From Candidatus Omnitrophota bacterium (GTDB lineage Bacteria > Omnitrophota > Gorgyraeia > Zapsychrales > JANLHA01), in contig JAGLNJ010000051.1 in NCBI GenBank assembly GCA_023139575.1, forward strand, positions 5,926-69,925: a stretch of 64,000 bases of DNA, in the 5' to 3' direction. How positions within the stretch are numbered: the first letter of the stretch is position 1; each line of letters opens with the position of its first letter. Positions 27,396-40,850 of this stretch are shown here, piece by piece. The translations under genes and the position numbers were made by a program. The notes under the pieces are model-generated. The model was not told the DNA's origin and ran no database searches. It saw nothing but the letters and a program-made list of their open reading frames with translations.

Positions 27396-28202
27396 CTACC
27401 GCTCATTTAGTCGGTTCATCGGCAAACGGCGTCTTGCCTTCATAACGTTTTCTTTAAATATTTGACAATAAACAACTTGCTCTTTCCTCGCAGACGCTTT
27501 AACCAAAATATTACCCCAAGGGTCTATAACCATACTATGCCCGTACGCCCAAATCCCCCGCCCTCCTTGTCCTGCTTGATTAGGGGCTAGGACATAACAT
27601 TGGTTTTCAATAGCTCGGGCCCGTAACAAAGGCTCCCAATGAGTCTCACCTGTCTTTTGTGTAAAAGCCGCCGGAACGGCCAAGACATGACATCCTTTTT
27701 TTAAGTAAAACTGATACATTCCCGGAAAGCGCAGATCATAACAAATTGACATCCCCACCTTGAGGGTGTCCGCCGCAACAAACGTCTTTCTTTTTCCGGG
27801 AGTCATATAATTGGCTTCATTAATTTTTTTATTTCCTATGCGCGCTTTAAAAAGATTGTTTTTGCGATATCGCGCTATGATTTTTCCTCGTCGGTCGATA
27901 AAAACTGATGTATTGTAAAGAGCCTTGCTGCTGCTATCCTTTTCATAAACGGACCCTGCCAAAATATAAATCTTATGCTCTCGGGCAATCTGCATAAGTG
28001 GTTCCAGGGACTGTCCGGGAATCTTCTCAGCGACGTTATTTAAAATATGCCTTTTCCCCGTCTTGCCTCGATAGTGAAAAACTTCCGGCAATAAAACAAA
28101 CTCCGCTCTTTGCCGAACCGCTTTTGTCACAAAAGAAACCGCTTTGGCAATATTCTTCGCCTTATCTTTTCCGGCGTTCATTTGTACAAGCGCAATTTTC
28201 AT
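27396..28202 (-). CDS. Carbon-nitrogen hydrolase, Nit1 / deaminated-glutathione amidase-like
   Basis: E-K-C triad motifs LLPE, YRK, ICYDLRFP; HWEPLLRARAIENQCY. Confidence 0.88.
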   Translation of the reverse strand: MKIALVQMNAGKDKAKNIAKAVSFVTKAVRQRAEFVLLPEVFHYRGKTGKRHILNNVAEKIPGQSLEPLMQIAREHKIYILAGSVYEKDSSSKALYNTSVFIDRRGKIIARYRKNNLFKARIGNKKINEANYMTPGKRKTFVAADTLKVGMSICYDLRFPGMYQFYLKKGCHVLAVPAAFTQKTGETHWEPLLRARAIENQCYVLAPNQAGQGGRGIWAYGHSMVIDPWGNILVKASARKEQVVYCQIFKENVMKARRRLPMNRLNER

Positions 28203-28858
28203 TGCTTTTTTCCCGACGATATCATTTTTTTATATGTTTCGCCGTATTCCTCATAACATTTGGTATAAAACTCCTGCTGGCGCAATTTATTACGCCAGGC
28301 AACGAGGCGTGAATACGGCGTAATATCAAGCTTGGCTAATTCCACTGGGTCGAGAGTGGCCAACAAATTAATATCGGCCAATGATATTGTGTCTCCCGGC
28401 AGGTAGGGGTGATGTTTTAAACTGTTTTCCACCGCTGGTAAAAACCTGTTAAAAAAGTTCACGCCGTCTTGTTCCGAGCGTTTGTCAACCTCAACCGGAA
28501 TAATCGGGGCGAACAATCTATTGAACGCCACCTTGTTTATCGCCCCCCCGATATGCATTGAAACAAAATCAAGCCATTGATCAATGAGGCTTCGGGGTTT
28601 TAGCTCCTGCGGATATAGCCCGCTTTGCTTTTTATGACAGAGGTATCTGCAAATCGAGTTGCTTTCAAACAAAACAAATCCATCGTCCTCAATAACAGGA
28701 ACCTTTCCCGCCGGGTGCATGCGTAAATATTCGGCTGTGCGGGTTTCCCCGTCTTTTACTTTTACGCGGACATAATCATATTCTATGTTGAGTAAATTAG
28801 CCACAAATCGCACTTTATTCGACGAAGTGGACAAATCAGCCCCATAAATCTTTAACAT
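28199..28858 (-). CDS. Glutathione S-transferase family protein
   Basis: Start MLKIYG at 28858 behind GGAGG; PAGKVPVIEDDG, LFESNSICRYL, SLADI. Confidence 0.92.
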   Translation of the reverse strand: MLKIYGADLSTSSNKVRFVANLLNIEYDYVRVKVKDGETRTAEYLRMHPAGKVPVIEDDGFVLFESNSICRYLCHKKQSGLYPQELKPRSLIDQWLDFVSMHIGGAINKVAFNRLFAPIIPVEVDKRSEQDGVNFFNRFLPAVENSLKHHPYLPGDTISLADINLLATLDPVELAKLDITPYSRLVAWRNKLRQQEFYTKCYEEYGETYKKMISSGKKQ

Positions 28859-29147
28859 TATTTTTCCCTCCTGAGGTTTTTTGTTATTATTCCTAATATA
28901 TAACGCTAAGGCAAGTACTAATGACAATTTTATTGGTTTTCCCTTATTTTCCAAAAAGGAATTCTTATCCCAAAATTACTGGCGCATGATTATGTGTTGC
29001 TTGTCAAAGCAGCCCTCTTTGACGAAAATTTTTTCTCGCTTTGAATATCTTTCCGCTTGTAAATGTTCTTCATAAAATATAGAATAAGTAATGCTCCCGT
29101 GCCAATAAAAACAATCTTCGAGAACCTGATATGAAAACGTAGAACTT

Positions 29148-29759
29148 GTGAATATACCTCAAATCAAAAATTTCACCAGCCACGAATCGATGACCAGCAC
29201 TATACAAACGGATCCTTTGGCATACCGCTGGTTCGCCTTTCTCATCATGCAACCTGCCGTAATTTCCCAATTGTCGTTGGAGAATGAAAACGCGGTGCTA
29301 TACAAAAATCTAAAAAAAACGGTTTTAAAACAAAAACTTTTACACCTGATCCTTTTTTTTGTTCTAATGGCGGGAACGATCGCGCAACAATATGCGCTAT
29401 ACACATTATCGTTTTTTTTCTTTTATCCAAACTGGAAATTCAGTCATAGCAAACGGCATTTAGTTTCACAAATCAGCATGAAAATCATCAACCGGGATTT
29501 TACAGAGCCAAATCTAAAAAAATCAACTTTTTTTCAAATATGTGAAAAATACAGCCGGGACTACAGCATCCCTTCTTTCGTTGATAAAACCTATATTTCA
29601 GACAAGATCTTGAGATATACGGCGCTTGTCACTATCATTACATTAATTCTTATTCGGCCAGTGCCGTCCGTCTTGTTTTTCTTCATTGCCTTCTTTTGTG
29701 TTTACATCCTCATCCGCATTATTTTAAACACGGATTTCTTTTACCGTGTCTTAAAATAA
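29148..29759 (+). CDS. Hypothetical membrane protein, about 4 TM segments
   Basis: 203-aa ORF with two hydrophobic hairpins; start codon uncertain. Confidence 0.65.
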   Translation: MNIPQIKNFTSHESMTSTIQTDPLAYRWFAFLIMQPAVISQLSLENENAVLYKNLKKTVLKQKLLHLILFFVLMAGTIAQQYALYTLSFFFFYPNWKFSHSKRHLVSQISMKIINRDFTEPNLKKSTFFQICEKYSRDYSIPSFVDKTYISDKILRYTALVTIITLILIRPVPSVLFFFIAFFCVYILIRIILNTDFFYRVLK

Positions 29760-30031
29760 ATCGATGGATCAAACTTGCACAAATAAAAAGGGAGTTAGAC
29801 GCCTTGAATAGTTGGACGTCTTCGATCCATAAAACGCTATTTAGTACTATATAATACTCCCGCAAGCAAATTTAGCATGGGCAGTTAGTGGACATTTAGC
29901 GTTCCAACTCTAGCCAAAACCTGCCAACGGCTGCCAAACCCCTTTTTCCAACATCACATGTTCTCGTCGGTATTTATCCCTAAAACCAAAAAACCATGCA
30001 GTTATATGCCACATGGCTTCCCTTAAAAAAA

Positions 30032-30105
30032 CGACCCCAGCGGGATTTGAACCCGCGTCGCGAGCTTGAAAAGCTCGTGTCCTGACCAGGCTAGACGATG
30101 GGGTC
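30032..30105 (-). tRNA. tRNA-Glu (UUC)
   Basis: GACCCCA/TGGGGTC acceptor stem; CGAGC-TT-TTC-AA-GCTCG anticodon arm; GGTTCAAATCC; upstream TTGACC-N16-TATAAT. Confidence 0.96.
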
Positions 30106-30242
30106 TTAAATATCTTTTCTTAAATTAAATAAGTATTATAGTTAATTTACTTTGTCGGTCAAGGAAAAAATTGTGCTCTGAAAATTGTTGCCCCACTCCT
30201 CGTTTTAAGGCTGGCTTGACTTTTCTCCTGCAACTAACAGAT

Positions 30243-32693
30243 TTATTCTTCCTTGGCCACAACGTTCGCGACAGACATAACCTTATCATCTTTTTTCAAA
30301 TTCAGCAATTTTACGCCCTGTGTGCTACGCGATGATTGGCGGATATCTTTTGTCGAGCATCGGACGATCATGCCGTTCTTCGTAACGGTCATGATTTCGT
30401 CTTCTCCCATGACCGCCAAAACTCCTACAACAAGGCCGTTTTTTTCCGTGGTTTTCAAATTAATGATGCCTTTCCCTCCTCTTGACTGCACGCGGTAAGC
30501 GCTGAACTCAGACCGTTTCGCATAGCCAAGCGACGACACAGTCAAAAGAGTGCTTCCTGTCTTGGAAATATCCGAGGGGAAAACCTGCATGCTGACAACA
30601 ATATCCGTCTTCCCCAGCCTTATCCCTCTAACCCCTCGAGCGGAACGTCCCATATCCCGGATCTGCCTTTCAGAAAATCTCAGAGACTTTCCTTCCTTTG
30701 TGGCGAGCAGGATTTCGAACTTCCCATTGCTTATGGCCGTCCCTATAAGCTCGTCACCTTTATCAAGCGAAATCCCTACAATGCCGCCCTTGCGGGGATT
30801 GCTAAAAGCCGACAGCTTTGTTTTTTTGACGTTTCCTCTGGCGGTCGCCATAACAATGGACTGATCTTCTGGGAAATCTTTAACAGCAACTATTGAGCTG
30901 ATGCTCTCATTATTCTTCATGGAAAGCAGATTAACGATCGCTTTGCCCTTAGAGCTGCGTGAGGCTATGGGTATTTCATAGACCTTCAGCCAGCGGATTA
31001 TCCCCTGATTTGAAAAAATCAGGAGATAATCTTTTGAGGAGGCAACGAAAATTTGCCTGACAAAGTCCTCCTCTTTGGTGGTCATCGCCGTTACTCCTTT
31101 ACCGCCCCTCTTTTGACGGCGGTAGGAGCCAACCCCCAATCTTTTAATATAGCCGGTATTGCTAATTGTAATGGCCATGTCCTCTTCGGCGATCAGATCC
31201 TCCATCTCGATCTCCTCGGCCTTAGCGGCAATCTCCGTCCTTCTTTCGTCGCCGTATTTTTTCTTCACAGCAACGAGCTCATCCTTAATGATGCCGTCAA
31301 TCATTTTTTCTGAAGCAAGAATAGCCCGGTAACGATCAATATCTTTTAAAAGCGTTTTGTATTCCTCGTCTATCTTGCTGCGCTCCAAAGCGGTCAGACG
31401 CTGCAGCTGCATCTCCAAAATGGCCTGCGACTGGATCTCGCTGAGCTTAAAGTTTTTCATCAATTTCACCTTGGCCTCTACCGTGCTTTTGGATGAGCGG
31501 ATCAGGCGAATAATTTCATCAATATGATCAATGGCGATCTTTAGGCCTTCCAAGATGTGCGCCCGTTTTAAAGCTCGATCCAGGTTAAATTGCGTCCTGC
31601 GGCGTATGATGATGCGGCGATGCTTTATGTAATGATTTATTAGCTGCTTTATGTTTAAAATACGCGGGCTGTTGTTAACCAGGGCCAAATTGATAATGCC
31701 GAAAGTTGTTTCCAGCTGAGTATGTTTATAAAGATAATTTAAAACAATCTGCGGCTGGACATCGCGGCGCAATTCAATAACAACGCGGATGCCGTCTTTA
31801 TCTGATTCATCGCGAATATCTGTCACGCCGTCTACGCTTTTATTCTGAACCAAAGAAGCTATCGTTGTGATAAGGTTAGCTTTATTTACTTGATACGGGA
31901 GCTCTGTAATAATAATGGTATCTTTATTGCCCTTTTGGCGCTCGATAGCGGCACGCGCCCGCAAGGTGACCTTGCCCCTTCCTGTTGTATAGGCATTCGT
32001 TATGCCTTCTCTTCCACAGATGATCCCTCCCGTGGGGAAGTCCGGCCCTTTAACAATTTTATTTAAATCTTTTACCGTGGCTTCTGGATTATCAATTAAA
32101 TGCGTGGTGCCATCAATAACTTCCCCCAGATTATGCGGCGGCATATTAGTGGCCATACCGACGGCAATACCACTCGACCCGTTAATCAAAAGGTTCGGGA
32201 TGGCCGAAGGCAGGACTTGAGGTTCTTTCAGGGTGGCATCAAAATTAGGATTGTAATCAACCGTATTTTTTTCGATATCAGTCAGCATTTCTCCGGATAT
32301 CGAAGCCAGCCGTGCTTCCGTATAACGCATAGCCGCCGCGGAATCGCCATCAACAGAACCAAAGTTTCCCTGGCCGTCGATCAAAGGATACCGTAAAGAA
32401 AACTCCTGCACCATGCGCACCATGGTGTCATAAACGGCAGAGTCGCCATGAGGATGATACTTACCTAAAACCTCACCGACAATACGGGCGCTTTTCTTAT
32501 AAGGTTTGCTGTGTTCCAGATTAAGCTCTTTCATCGCATACAAAATGCGGCGGTGAACTGGTTTCAACCCATCGCGAACATCCGGCAGGGCTCGCCCGAC
32601 TATAACGCTCATCGAATACGCGAGGTAAGACCTCTTCATCTCCTCTTCAATATTGACAGGTATTATTTTCTCTTTTATTGACAGGCTATTCAT
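30243..32693 (-). CDS. gyrA: DNA gyrase subunit A
   Basis: [25 protein letters not shown], GyrA-box QKRGGKG. Confidence 0.98.
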   Translation of the reverse strand: MNSLSIKEKIIPVNIEEEMKRSYLAYSMSVIVGRALPDVRDGLKPVHRRILYAMKELNLEHSKPYKKSARIVGEVLGKYHPHGDSAVYDTMVRMVQEFSLRYPLIDGQGNFGSVDGDSAAAMRYTEARLASISGEMLTDIEKNTVDYNPNFDATLKEPQVLPSAIPNLLINGSSGIAVGMATNMPPHNLGEVIDGTTHLIDNPEATVKDLNKIVKGPDFPTGGIICGREGITNAYTTGRGKVTLRARAAIERQKGNKDTIIITELPYQVNKANLITTIASLVQNKSVDGVTDIRDESDKDGIRVVIELRRDVQPQIVLNYLYKHTQLETTFGIINLALVNNSPRILNIKQLINHYIKHRRIIIRRRTQFNLDRALKRAHILEGLKIAIDHIDEIIRLIRSSKSTVEAKVKLMKNFKLSEIQSQAILEMQLQRLTALERSKIDEEYKTLLKDIDRYRAILASEKMIDGIIKDELVAVKKKYGDERRTEIAAKAEEIEMEDLIAEEDMAITISNTGYIKRLGVGSYRRQKRGGKGVTAMTTKEEDFVRQIFVASSKDYLLIFSNQGIIRWLKVYEIPIASRSSKGKAIVNLLSMKNNESISSIVAVKDFPEDQSIVMATARGNVKKTKLSAFSNPRKGGIVGISLDKGDELIGTAISNGKFEILLATKEGKSLRFSERQIRDMGRSARGVRGIRLGKTDIVVSMQVFPSDISKTGSTLLTVSSLGYAKRSEFSAYRVQSRGGKGIINLKTTEKNGLVVGVLAVMGEDEIMTVTKNGMIVRCSTKDIRQSSRSTQGVKLLNLKKDDKVMSVANVVAKEE

Positions 32694-32756
32694 ATATAAG
32701 CGACCTTTCCTTATTAGCTGAAACTTCCGGCCTTCCTGCGTCCGTTCCGGCAGGCG

Positions 32757-35539
<2,783 letters not shown>

Positions 35540-35566
35540 GTTTTTTTAAATTCTTTTTTTGGTTCT

Positions 35567-36658
35567 TTAAATCTTCATCGGTAGCGCTAAATAGAGATAT
35601 TCTTCTAACCGAATAACCGCCGCTTTATCTGGCCCTAATAACTCTAAATTAATACTTTCTTCATTATTAATGGTTTTCAACATATCAATAAAAAACTGGG
35701 GATTAAAGCCCACAACCATCTCTTTCCCTCCGTAATTTATAGAAACTTCCTCTCTCGACTCACCTACATCAGGTGTTATTTTAGAAACAACGAGTTTATT
35801 GGAAAACAACTCAAATTTTATTGCCTGAAAATCGGGCGTAGCTAATAAATTCGCCCTGCGAATAGCGCTTAAAAATTCTTGCGTGTTAATTTTTATAGGT
35901 TGTGCTGACGCGTTCGGAATAACTTGATTATAATCAGGAAAATCCCCCTCAATAATACGGGTGGCGATCAAGACGCCTTCAATATCAAATAAGACCTGGT
36001 TTGTTCCGGGTATAAAAGAAATATCCCCGTCATCCCCCAAATTCCTATATATCTCTTGAACCGCTTTTAAAGGAATGATGACAGAAATTTGTTTTTTTAC
36101 TGGGGACATTAGTTTTTTTTCTATTTTGGCTAATCTTCTTCCATCTGTTGCCACTAGCCTAATATTATTTTGATCTATTTCCAACAAAAGCCCATTCAAT
36201 ATATAGCGGGATTCTTCATGTGAAACAGCAAAGGACGTCAAGCGCAGCATTTCTTTAAAAACAGATTGCTTGATTTTCACAGCTTCTCTGTCTTTGAATT
36301 CTGGAAACTTCGGGAATTCATCTTTTGGCAACCCTATCAGTTTAAAACGGCATTTATTTCCTTCAATATCTATCTGGTTATTTTTCTTGGCGCTAATTAA
36401 GATATCCCCAGATGGAGACTCACGAATGATGTCACTAAACCTCTTTGCGGGAATAGTTATTGCCCCTTCTTCAATCTTTTCCACAGGTATTTCACACGAA
36501 ATTCCTATATCTAAATCGGTTGTATTTAACCTTATCATATCTTTCTGAGTCTCCAACAACATGTTTGAAAGAATGGGTAAAACCGCTTTTGCGGATACAA
36601 TATTTTGTACCACTTGAATTCCTTCTAATAGATTATCTTTGGTAACTTTTATCTTCAT
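35567..36658 (-). CDS. dnaN: DNA polymerase III beta clamp
   Basis: VATDGRRLA, IEGDFPDY, GFN, LALPMKI. Confidence 0.97.
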   Translation of the reverse strand: MKIKVTKDNLLEGIQVVQNIVSAKAVLPILSNMLLETQKDMIRLNTTDLDIGISCEIPVEKIEEGAITIPAKRFSDIIRESPSGDILISAKKNNQIDIEGNKCRFKLIGLPKDEFPKFPEFKDREAVKIKQSVFKEMLRLTSFAVSHEESRYILNGLLLEIDQNNIRLVATDGRRLAKIEKKLMSPVKKQISVIIPLKAVQEIYRNLGDDGDISFIPGTNQVLFDIEGVLIATRIIEGDFPDYNQVIPNASAQPIKINTQEFLSAIRRANLLATPDFQAIKFELFSNKLVVSKITPDVGESREEVSINYGGKEMVVGFNPQFFIDMLKTINNEESINLELLGPDKAAVIRLEEYLYLALPMKI

Positions 36659-36677
36659 TTTCCCCTCTTTTTCTTTT

Positions 36678-36757
36678 GACTACTATTACTTTATTATTAA
36701 TAAAAACGCTTTAATGCTAACAGTAGTTGTAATAGGTGTTGTGGATAAGTTGAACAA
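36678..36757. other. oriC unwinding region: DnaA box plus DnaA-trios
   Basis: Perfect box TTATCCACA on the minus strand (36740-36748) with an adjacent degenerate box; then trios CTA TTA CAA CTA CTG TTA (36718-36735) and an AT-rich stretch. Lies in the dnaA-dnaN spacer, close to the gene-strand switch. Confidence 0.85.
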
Positions 36758-36827
36758 GATTAAAAGTTTTTTAATAGCAGTTAGTTATAAAAATTCCCAA
36801 TGTTACTTTCTTATGTAAAAAAAATAA

Positions 36828-38171
36828 TTACTGTTTTAAAGATGTGGTTAACTTCTCGACAGTGTTTCTTAATTCTCTATTATCCTGAATTTCTTTATTA
36901 ATTTTTCGACAAGAATGCATAATGGTCGTATGATCTTTCCCCCCAAAAGCATTACCAATTTCAGGAAAAGAAGAATTTGTAAGCTGCCGCGTTAAAAACA
37001 TCGCGATTTGTCGCGGCAGAATAATATTTCTGCTTCTTCTCTTTCCTTTAAGGTCAGACAAGCTAATATGAAATAAATCCGAAACGGATTTTTGTATCAT
37101 TTCAATACTGATCGTTTTTACGGTTTGTTTAACCATATCCTTCAAGACCACTTTTGCCATATCTAAATGAATCTGCTTTTCTTCCAACAGGGAATAAGCA
37201 ACTACCCGAATTAATGCCCCTTCCAATTCACGGATATTAGTTTTTATTTGATCAGCAATAAAATCAATCACGTTATCCGGAATAACAACAGATTCTCGCT
37301 CACTTTTCTTTCTTAATATAGCCACGCGCGTTTCAAAATCTGGAGGTTGGATATCGGTAATAAGACCCCACGCAAAACGGGACCGTAAACGCTCTTCAAG
37401 ATTGGAGATCTCTTGAGGTGGACGATCCGAGCAGATAATAATTTGTTTTCGGCTGTTATGTAAGGCATTAAAAGTGTGAAAAAACTCCTCTTGGGTGGAT
37501 TCTTTGCCGGCTATAAAGTGAATGTCGTCGATGAGCAACACATCCATATTACGATATTTTTGTCTAAATTGAGGTGTTGAGCGGTGGCGAATAGCATTAA
37601 TGAGTTCATTAGTGAATTTTTCAGAGGACAAATAAACACATTTAGCGTCTGGATGAATGCTTTTGATATGATGTGTGATTGACTGCATTAAATGCGTTTT
37701 CCCTAAACCGACCTGCCCGTATATAAATAAAGGATTGTATGCTTTGGACGGTGATTCAGCGACAGCTTGACTGGCAGCGTAAGCAAAACGGTTAGAGGGT
37801 CCAACGACAAAGCTTTCAAAAGTAAAACGCTTATTTAAATTAATATCTTCCCTGTTAGTCGTCCTCTTCACTAGAATGTTTGTTTCTATAGGGGAAAGTA
37901 TTTGTGTGTTTTGAGGGTTGTTTAATTCAGGATTGATATCGAATTCGATATTAATTTTTTGAGATAGGTCTGTATTGACGTGTTTATTAATAATTTTATA
38001 AAAGTGCTCAATGATCCAGTTTTTATAGAACTCGTCGGGAGTTTCAATTATTATTGTATCAGGTTTTTTTTCCTTAACATTAAGAGAAGCAAACCATGTA
38101 TCATATGATGATGCCCCAATCGCATCTTTAATAATAGGTTGCGCTTTTTGCCAATTATCCAGTAATTCCAT
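36828..38171 (-). CDS. dnaA: Chromosomal replication initiator DnaA
   Basis: YNPLFIYGQVGLGKTHL, LLIDDIHF, NIRELEGAL, FGGKDHTT. Confidence 0.98.
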   Translation of the reverse strand: MELLDNWQKAQPIIKDAIGASSYDTWFASLNVKEKKPDTIIIETPDEFYKNWIIEHFYKIINKHVNTDLSQKINIEFDINPELNNPQNTQILSPIETNILVKRTTNREDINLNKRFTFESFVVGPSNRFAYAASQAVAESPSKAYNPLFIYGQVGLGKTHLMQSITHHIKSIHPDAKCVYLSSEKFTNELINAIRHRSTPQFRQKYRNMDVLLIDDIHFIAGKESTQEEFFHTFNALHNSRKQIIICSDRPPQEISNLEERLRSRFAWGLITDIQPPDFETRVAILRKKSERESVVIPDNVIDFIADQIKTNIRELEGALIRVVAYSLLEEKQIHLDMAKVVLKDMVKQTVKTISIEMIQKSVSDLFHISLSDLKGKRRSRNIILPRQIAMFLTRQLTNSSFPEIGNAFGGKDHTTIMHSCRKINKEIQDNRELRNTVEKLTTSLKQ

Positions 38172-38199
38172 AATTTTTGAAATAAAAAAGTGTTTTTAA

Positions 38200-38446
38200 A
38201 AAAAAGATTTGTTGACAAGAACAACGAGTTGTTAACATGTCAGTAATCCCTCAAAGTGTTTCATATCAACTGTTTGTGTTTTTGGTAAATCTAAATTAAC
38301 AAGTTTTCCACAGGGCTGGTTAACAACTGCAACTTAGGGTTTGACAAAAATCCTTTTTGAATAGTGAGAAGCCACCAATAAAAAAACGCAAAATATCAAG
38401 TGATAAAAAAGTGTCTTTATTATATCAGACAAAATTTTTAATTCAA
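38200..38446 (-). promoter_or_regulatory. dnaA promoter region with DnaA-box-like sites
   Basis: TTGAAT-N16-TATAAT with TGn (38446-38419); TTTTCCACA at 38304-38312; TGTTGACAA at 38210-38218. Confidence 0.6.
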
Positions 38447-38637
38447 CTTAAAAGATGCAATATTCCTAAATAAGAAGAAAATAAACGCCCAAAAAAGGCT
38501 ATAAATAAAACTAAAAATGTCATCGACTATTTTTGTTTATTATACATACATAAATAGTTAAAAATAAGTAACTTTAGAGCCTATAAAAAAATGAAAAAGC
38601 TTGACTATGAAATCGACTATGATATAATTTACCAACC

Positions 38638-38775
38638 ATGAAGAAGAATTTAACAACTCCAACGATACTAAAAGGTAAAAGAAAGCACGGCTTTCGCAAA
38701 AGGATGTCTACATCTGATGGGCAAGACACGATCAAAAGGCGCCGCGCTAAAGGGAGAAAAAGGCTAGCTAAATAA
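38638..38775 (+). CDS. rpmH: 50S ribosomal protein L34 (not in ORF track)
   Basis: [45 protein letters not shown]; TTGACT-N16-TATAAT at 38601-38628. Confidence 0.95.
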   Translation: MKKNLTTPTILKGKRKHGFRKRMSTSDGQDTIKRRRAKGRKRLAK

Positions 38776-38801
38776 GATCATCCTTTGCCTGCGACTACCC
38801 A

Positions 38802-39011
38802 ATGAAGTGTTTAATTATTTCATTAATTCATATATACCAAGCATTTAGCCGTATTCTTCTGCCGAGAAGGTGTCGTTTCCACCCCTCATGTTCTACCTAC
38901 GCTATACAAACCATTGAAAAATATGGGCTTATAAAAGGAACCTTTAAATCTGTTAAACGGGTTATCAGATGTTCGCCTCTTTCTGATGGCGGATATGATC
39001 CAGTAAGGTGA
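38802..39011 (+). CDS. yidD: Membrane protein insertion efficiency factor YidD
   Basis: CRFHPSCSTYA, RCSP..GGYDP. Confidence 0.95.
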   Translation: MKCLIISLIHIYQAFSRILLPRRCRFHPSCSTYAIQTIEKYGLIKGTFKSVKRVIRCSPLSDGGYDPVR

Positions 39012-39015
39012 TTTT

Positions 39016-40605
39016 ATGGAAAAAAGACTTTTTTTAGCTTTTGTGTTGTCCTTTTTTATTTTGTTTACTTGGAATAAAATGTTTCCCCAACAAAAGAACG
39101 GGGAAATTGTTACTAAAGAAATTATAGAAGAAAAAGCGGATTTAACAATTCCTCCTCCGCTCCCGATTATTGAAAGAAAAGAAGAACGACTATCTTTTTT
39201 AGGTAATGAAAAAATTGAGATAGAGATAACTAATCTTGGAGCAAGTATCAAAAGCGTTAGATTAGCTGAGTATAATTCAAATCTGCCTATAACTGAAATT
39301 AACAGCCTAAAACAATATAAAGATGTGACTTTTATAGAAACTTATAAGACTGCCAATAAAATTATATTCCAATACAAAGCTAATGATATAGCAATTTCTA
39401 AATCATATGAGCTCGACGGATATTTGGTTAAAACGGACACTCGAATAGAAAATAGCAGAGAAATGTCCATTGAAGAAAAAGTTGAAATACAAGCCTTTAA
39501 ATTGGACATTTCCAGATTGGACAAAGAAGGCATTAACCCTCGAGATAAAATGCTTCAAGAATATTCTATTGCCAATGATCTTCAAATATATCGAAAAAAG
39601 AACGCATTTAAAATTAGTAAAAAAGATTATAGAGTTGAAATAGATAATATTAATTGGATTGGTTTTAGAAACAGGTATTTTTGTGCAATATTAATGCCAC
39701 AGTATAATATAGAAAAATATGAAATTATTCCTATAGAAAACCAAGAGTTGTCCATTACTTTAAGCGCAAAAACCGAAAAATTAGGTCAAATTGATACACA
39801 AGAGTATCAAAATATAATATACTTTGGGCCACAAGACATCAATGTGTTAAAAAGTTACGATTTAGGCTTTGAGCGCATCATAAATTATAAGATTGGAGGC
39901 TTTTTTGATATTATGGCCTTCGGACTTACTGACTTTGTTGCCAAAATCATCCTGAGATATTTGAATTTTTTAAACAAAATTATTGATAATTTAGGTATAG
40001 CAATCATTATTTTAGCAATTTCAATATCGGTTGTGACATATCCATTTACGCATAAAAGCATGATGTCAATGAAGAAAATGCAGGCAATTCAGCCAAAGTT
40101 GAGCAAAATAAGGGAGCAATATAAGAATAATCCCCAAAAATTAAATAAAGAGATGATGGAGTTGTATAAAGAAAACAAGGTGAATCCATTTGGAGGGTGC
40201 TTACCAATGCTTTTTCAAATGCCCATTTTTATTGGGCTGTATCAAGTTCTTTGGAGATCCGCATCTTTGAAAGGGGCGAGTTTTTTATGGATAAAAGACC
40301 TTTCAGAACCAGATAGGCTTTTTATATTAAATAATACGCTTCCAATAATTGGCAACGAGATCAATATTTTGCCTATTTTAATGATGATAGTTATGTTTTT
40401 TCAGCAAAAAATTTCATCAAAAAACATGGTTGTCGCCGATCCGCAACAGGCGCAACAACAAAAAATGATGATGATGTTTATGCCGTTGATGATTGGTTTT
40501 ATCTTTTATAAATTTGCTAGCGGTTTGGCGCTTTATTTTACCACGTTCTATATATTGTCCACTCTGACGCACTTGAGAATGTCCAAAATAAAAAAGGCTG
40601 TTTAA
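39016..40605 (+). CDS. yidC: Membrane protein insertase YidC
   Basis: MELYKENKVNPFGGCLPMLFQMPIF, FLWIKDLSEPD. Confidence 0.96.
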   Translation: MEKRLFLAFVLSFFILFTWNKMFPQQKNGEIVTKEIIEEKADLTIPPPLPIIERKEERLSFLGNEKIEIEITNLGASIKSVRLAEYNSNLPITEINSLKQYKDVTFIETYKTANKIIFQYKANDIAISKSYELDGYLVKTDTRIENSREMSIEEKVEIQAFKLDISRLDKEGINPRDKMLQEYSIANDLQIYRKKNAFKISKKDYRVEIDNINWIGFRNRYFCAILMPQYNIEKYEIIPIENQELSITLSAKTEKLGQIDTQEYQNIIYFGPQDINVLKSYDLGFERIINYKIGGFFDIMAFGLTDFVAKIILRYLNFLNKIIDNLGIAIIILAISISVVTYPFTHKSMMSMKKMQAIQPKLSKIREQYKNNPQKLNKEMMELYKENKVNPFGGCLPMLFQMPIFIGLYQVLWRSASLKGASFLWIKDLSEPDRLFILNNTLPIIGNEINILPILMMIVMFFQQKISSKNMVVADPQQAQQQKMMMMFMPLMIGFIFYKFASGLALYFTTFYILSTLTHLRMSKIKKAV

Positions 40606-40606
40606 A

Positions 40607-40804
40607 ATGAATAAAAAAACAAAAAGCATTGATGTTGAGGGCTCTACGGTAGAAGAGGCAATCAAAAAAGCTTTGGATATATTAAATGTCACAAAAAATG
40701 ATATAGTGGTTAAAGTAGTCTGTGAAGAGAAGAGGGGCTTGTTTGGTATGGAGGGGGCAAAGCCAGCCAAAATAAAGGTCAGCCTCAAAGAAAATGATAA
40801 TTAA
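40607..40804 (+). CDS. jag: Stand-alone Jag N-terminal domain protein
   Basis: GSTVEEAIKKAL...GLFG..KPAKIKV; no KH or R3H domain follows. Confidence 0.8.
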   Translation: MNKKTKSIDVEGSTVEEAIKKALDILNVTKNDIVVKVVCEEKRGLFGMEGAKPAKIKVSLKENDN

Positions 40805-40850
40805 TTAAAAAAACACTTGCTTTGTTTGTAAAAAAGCGGAAAATAAAATG

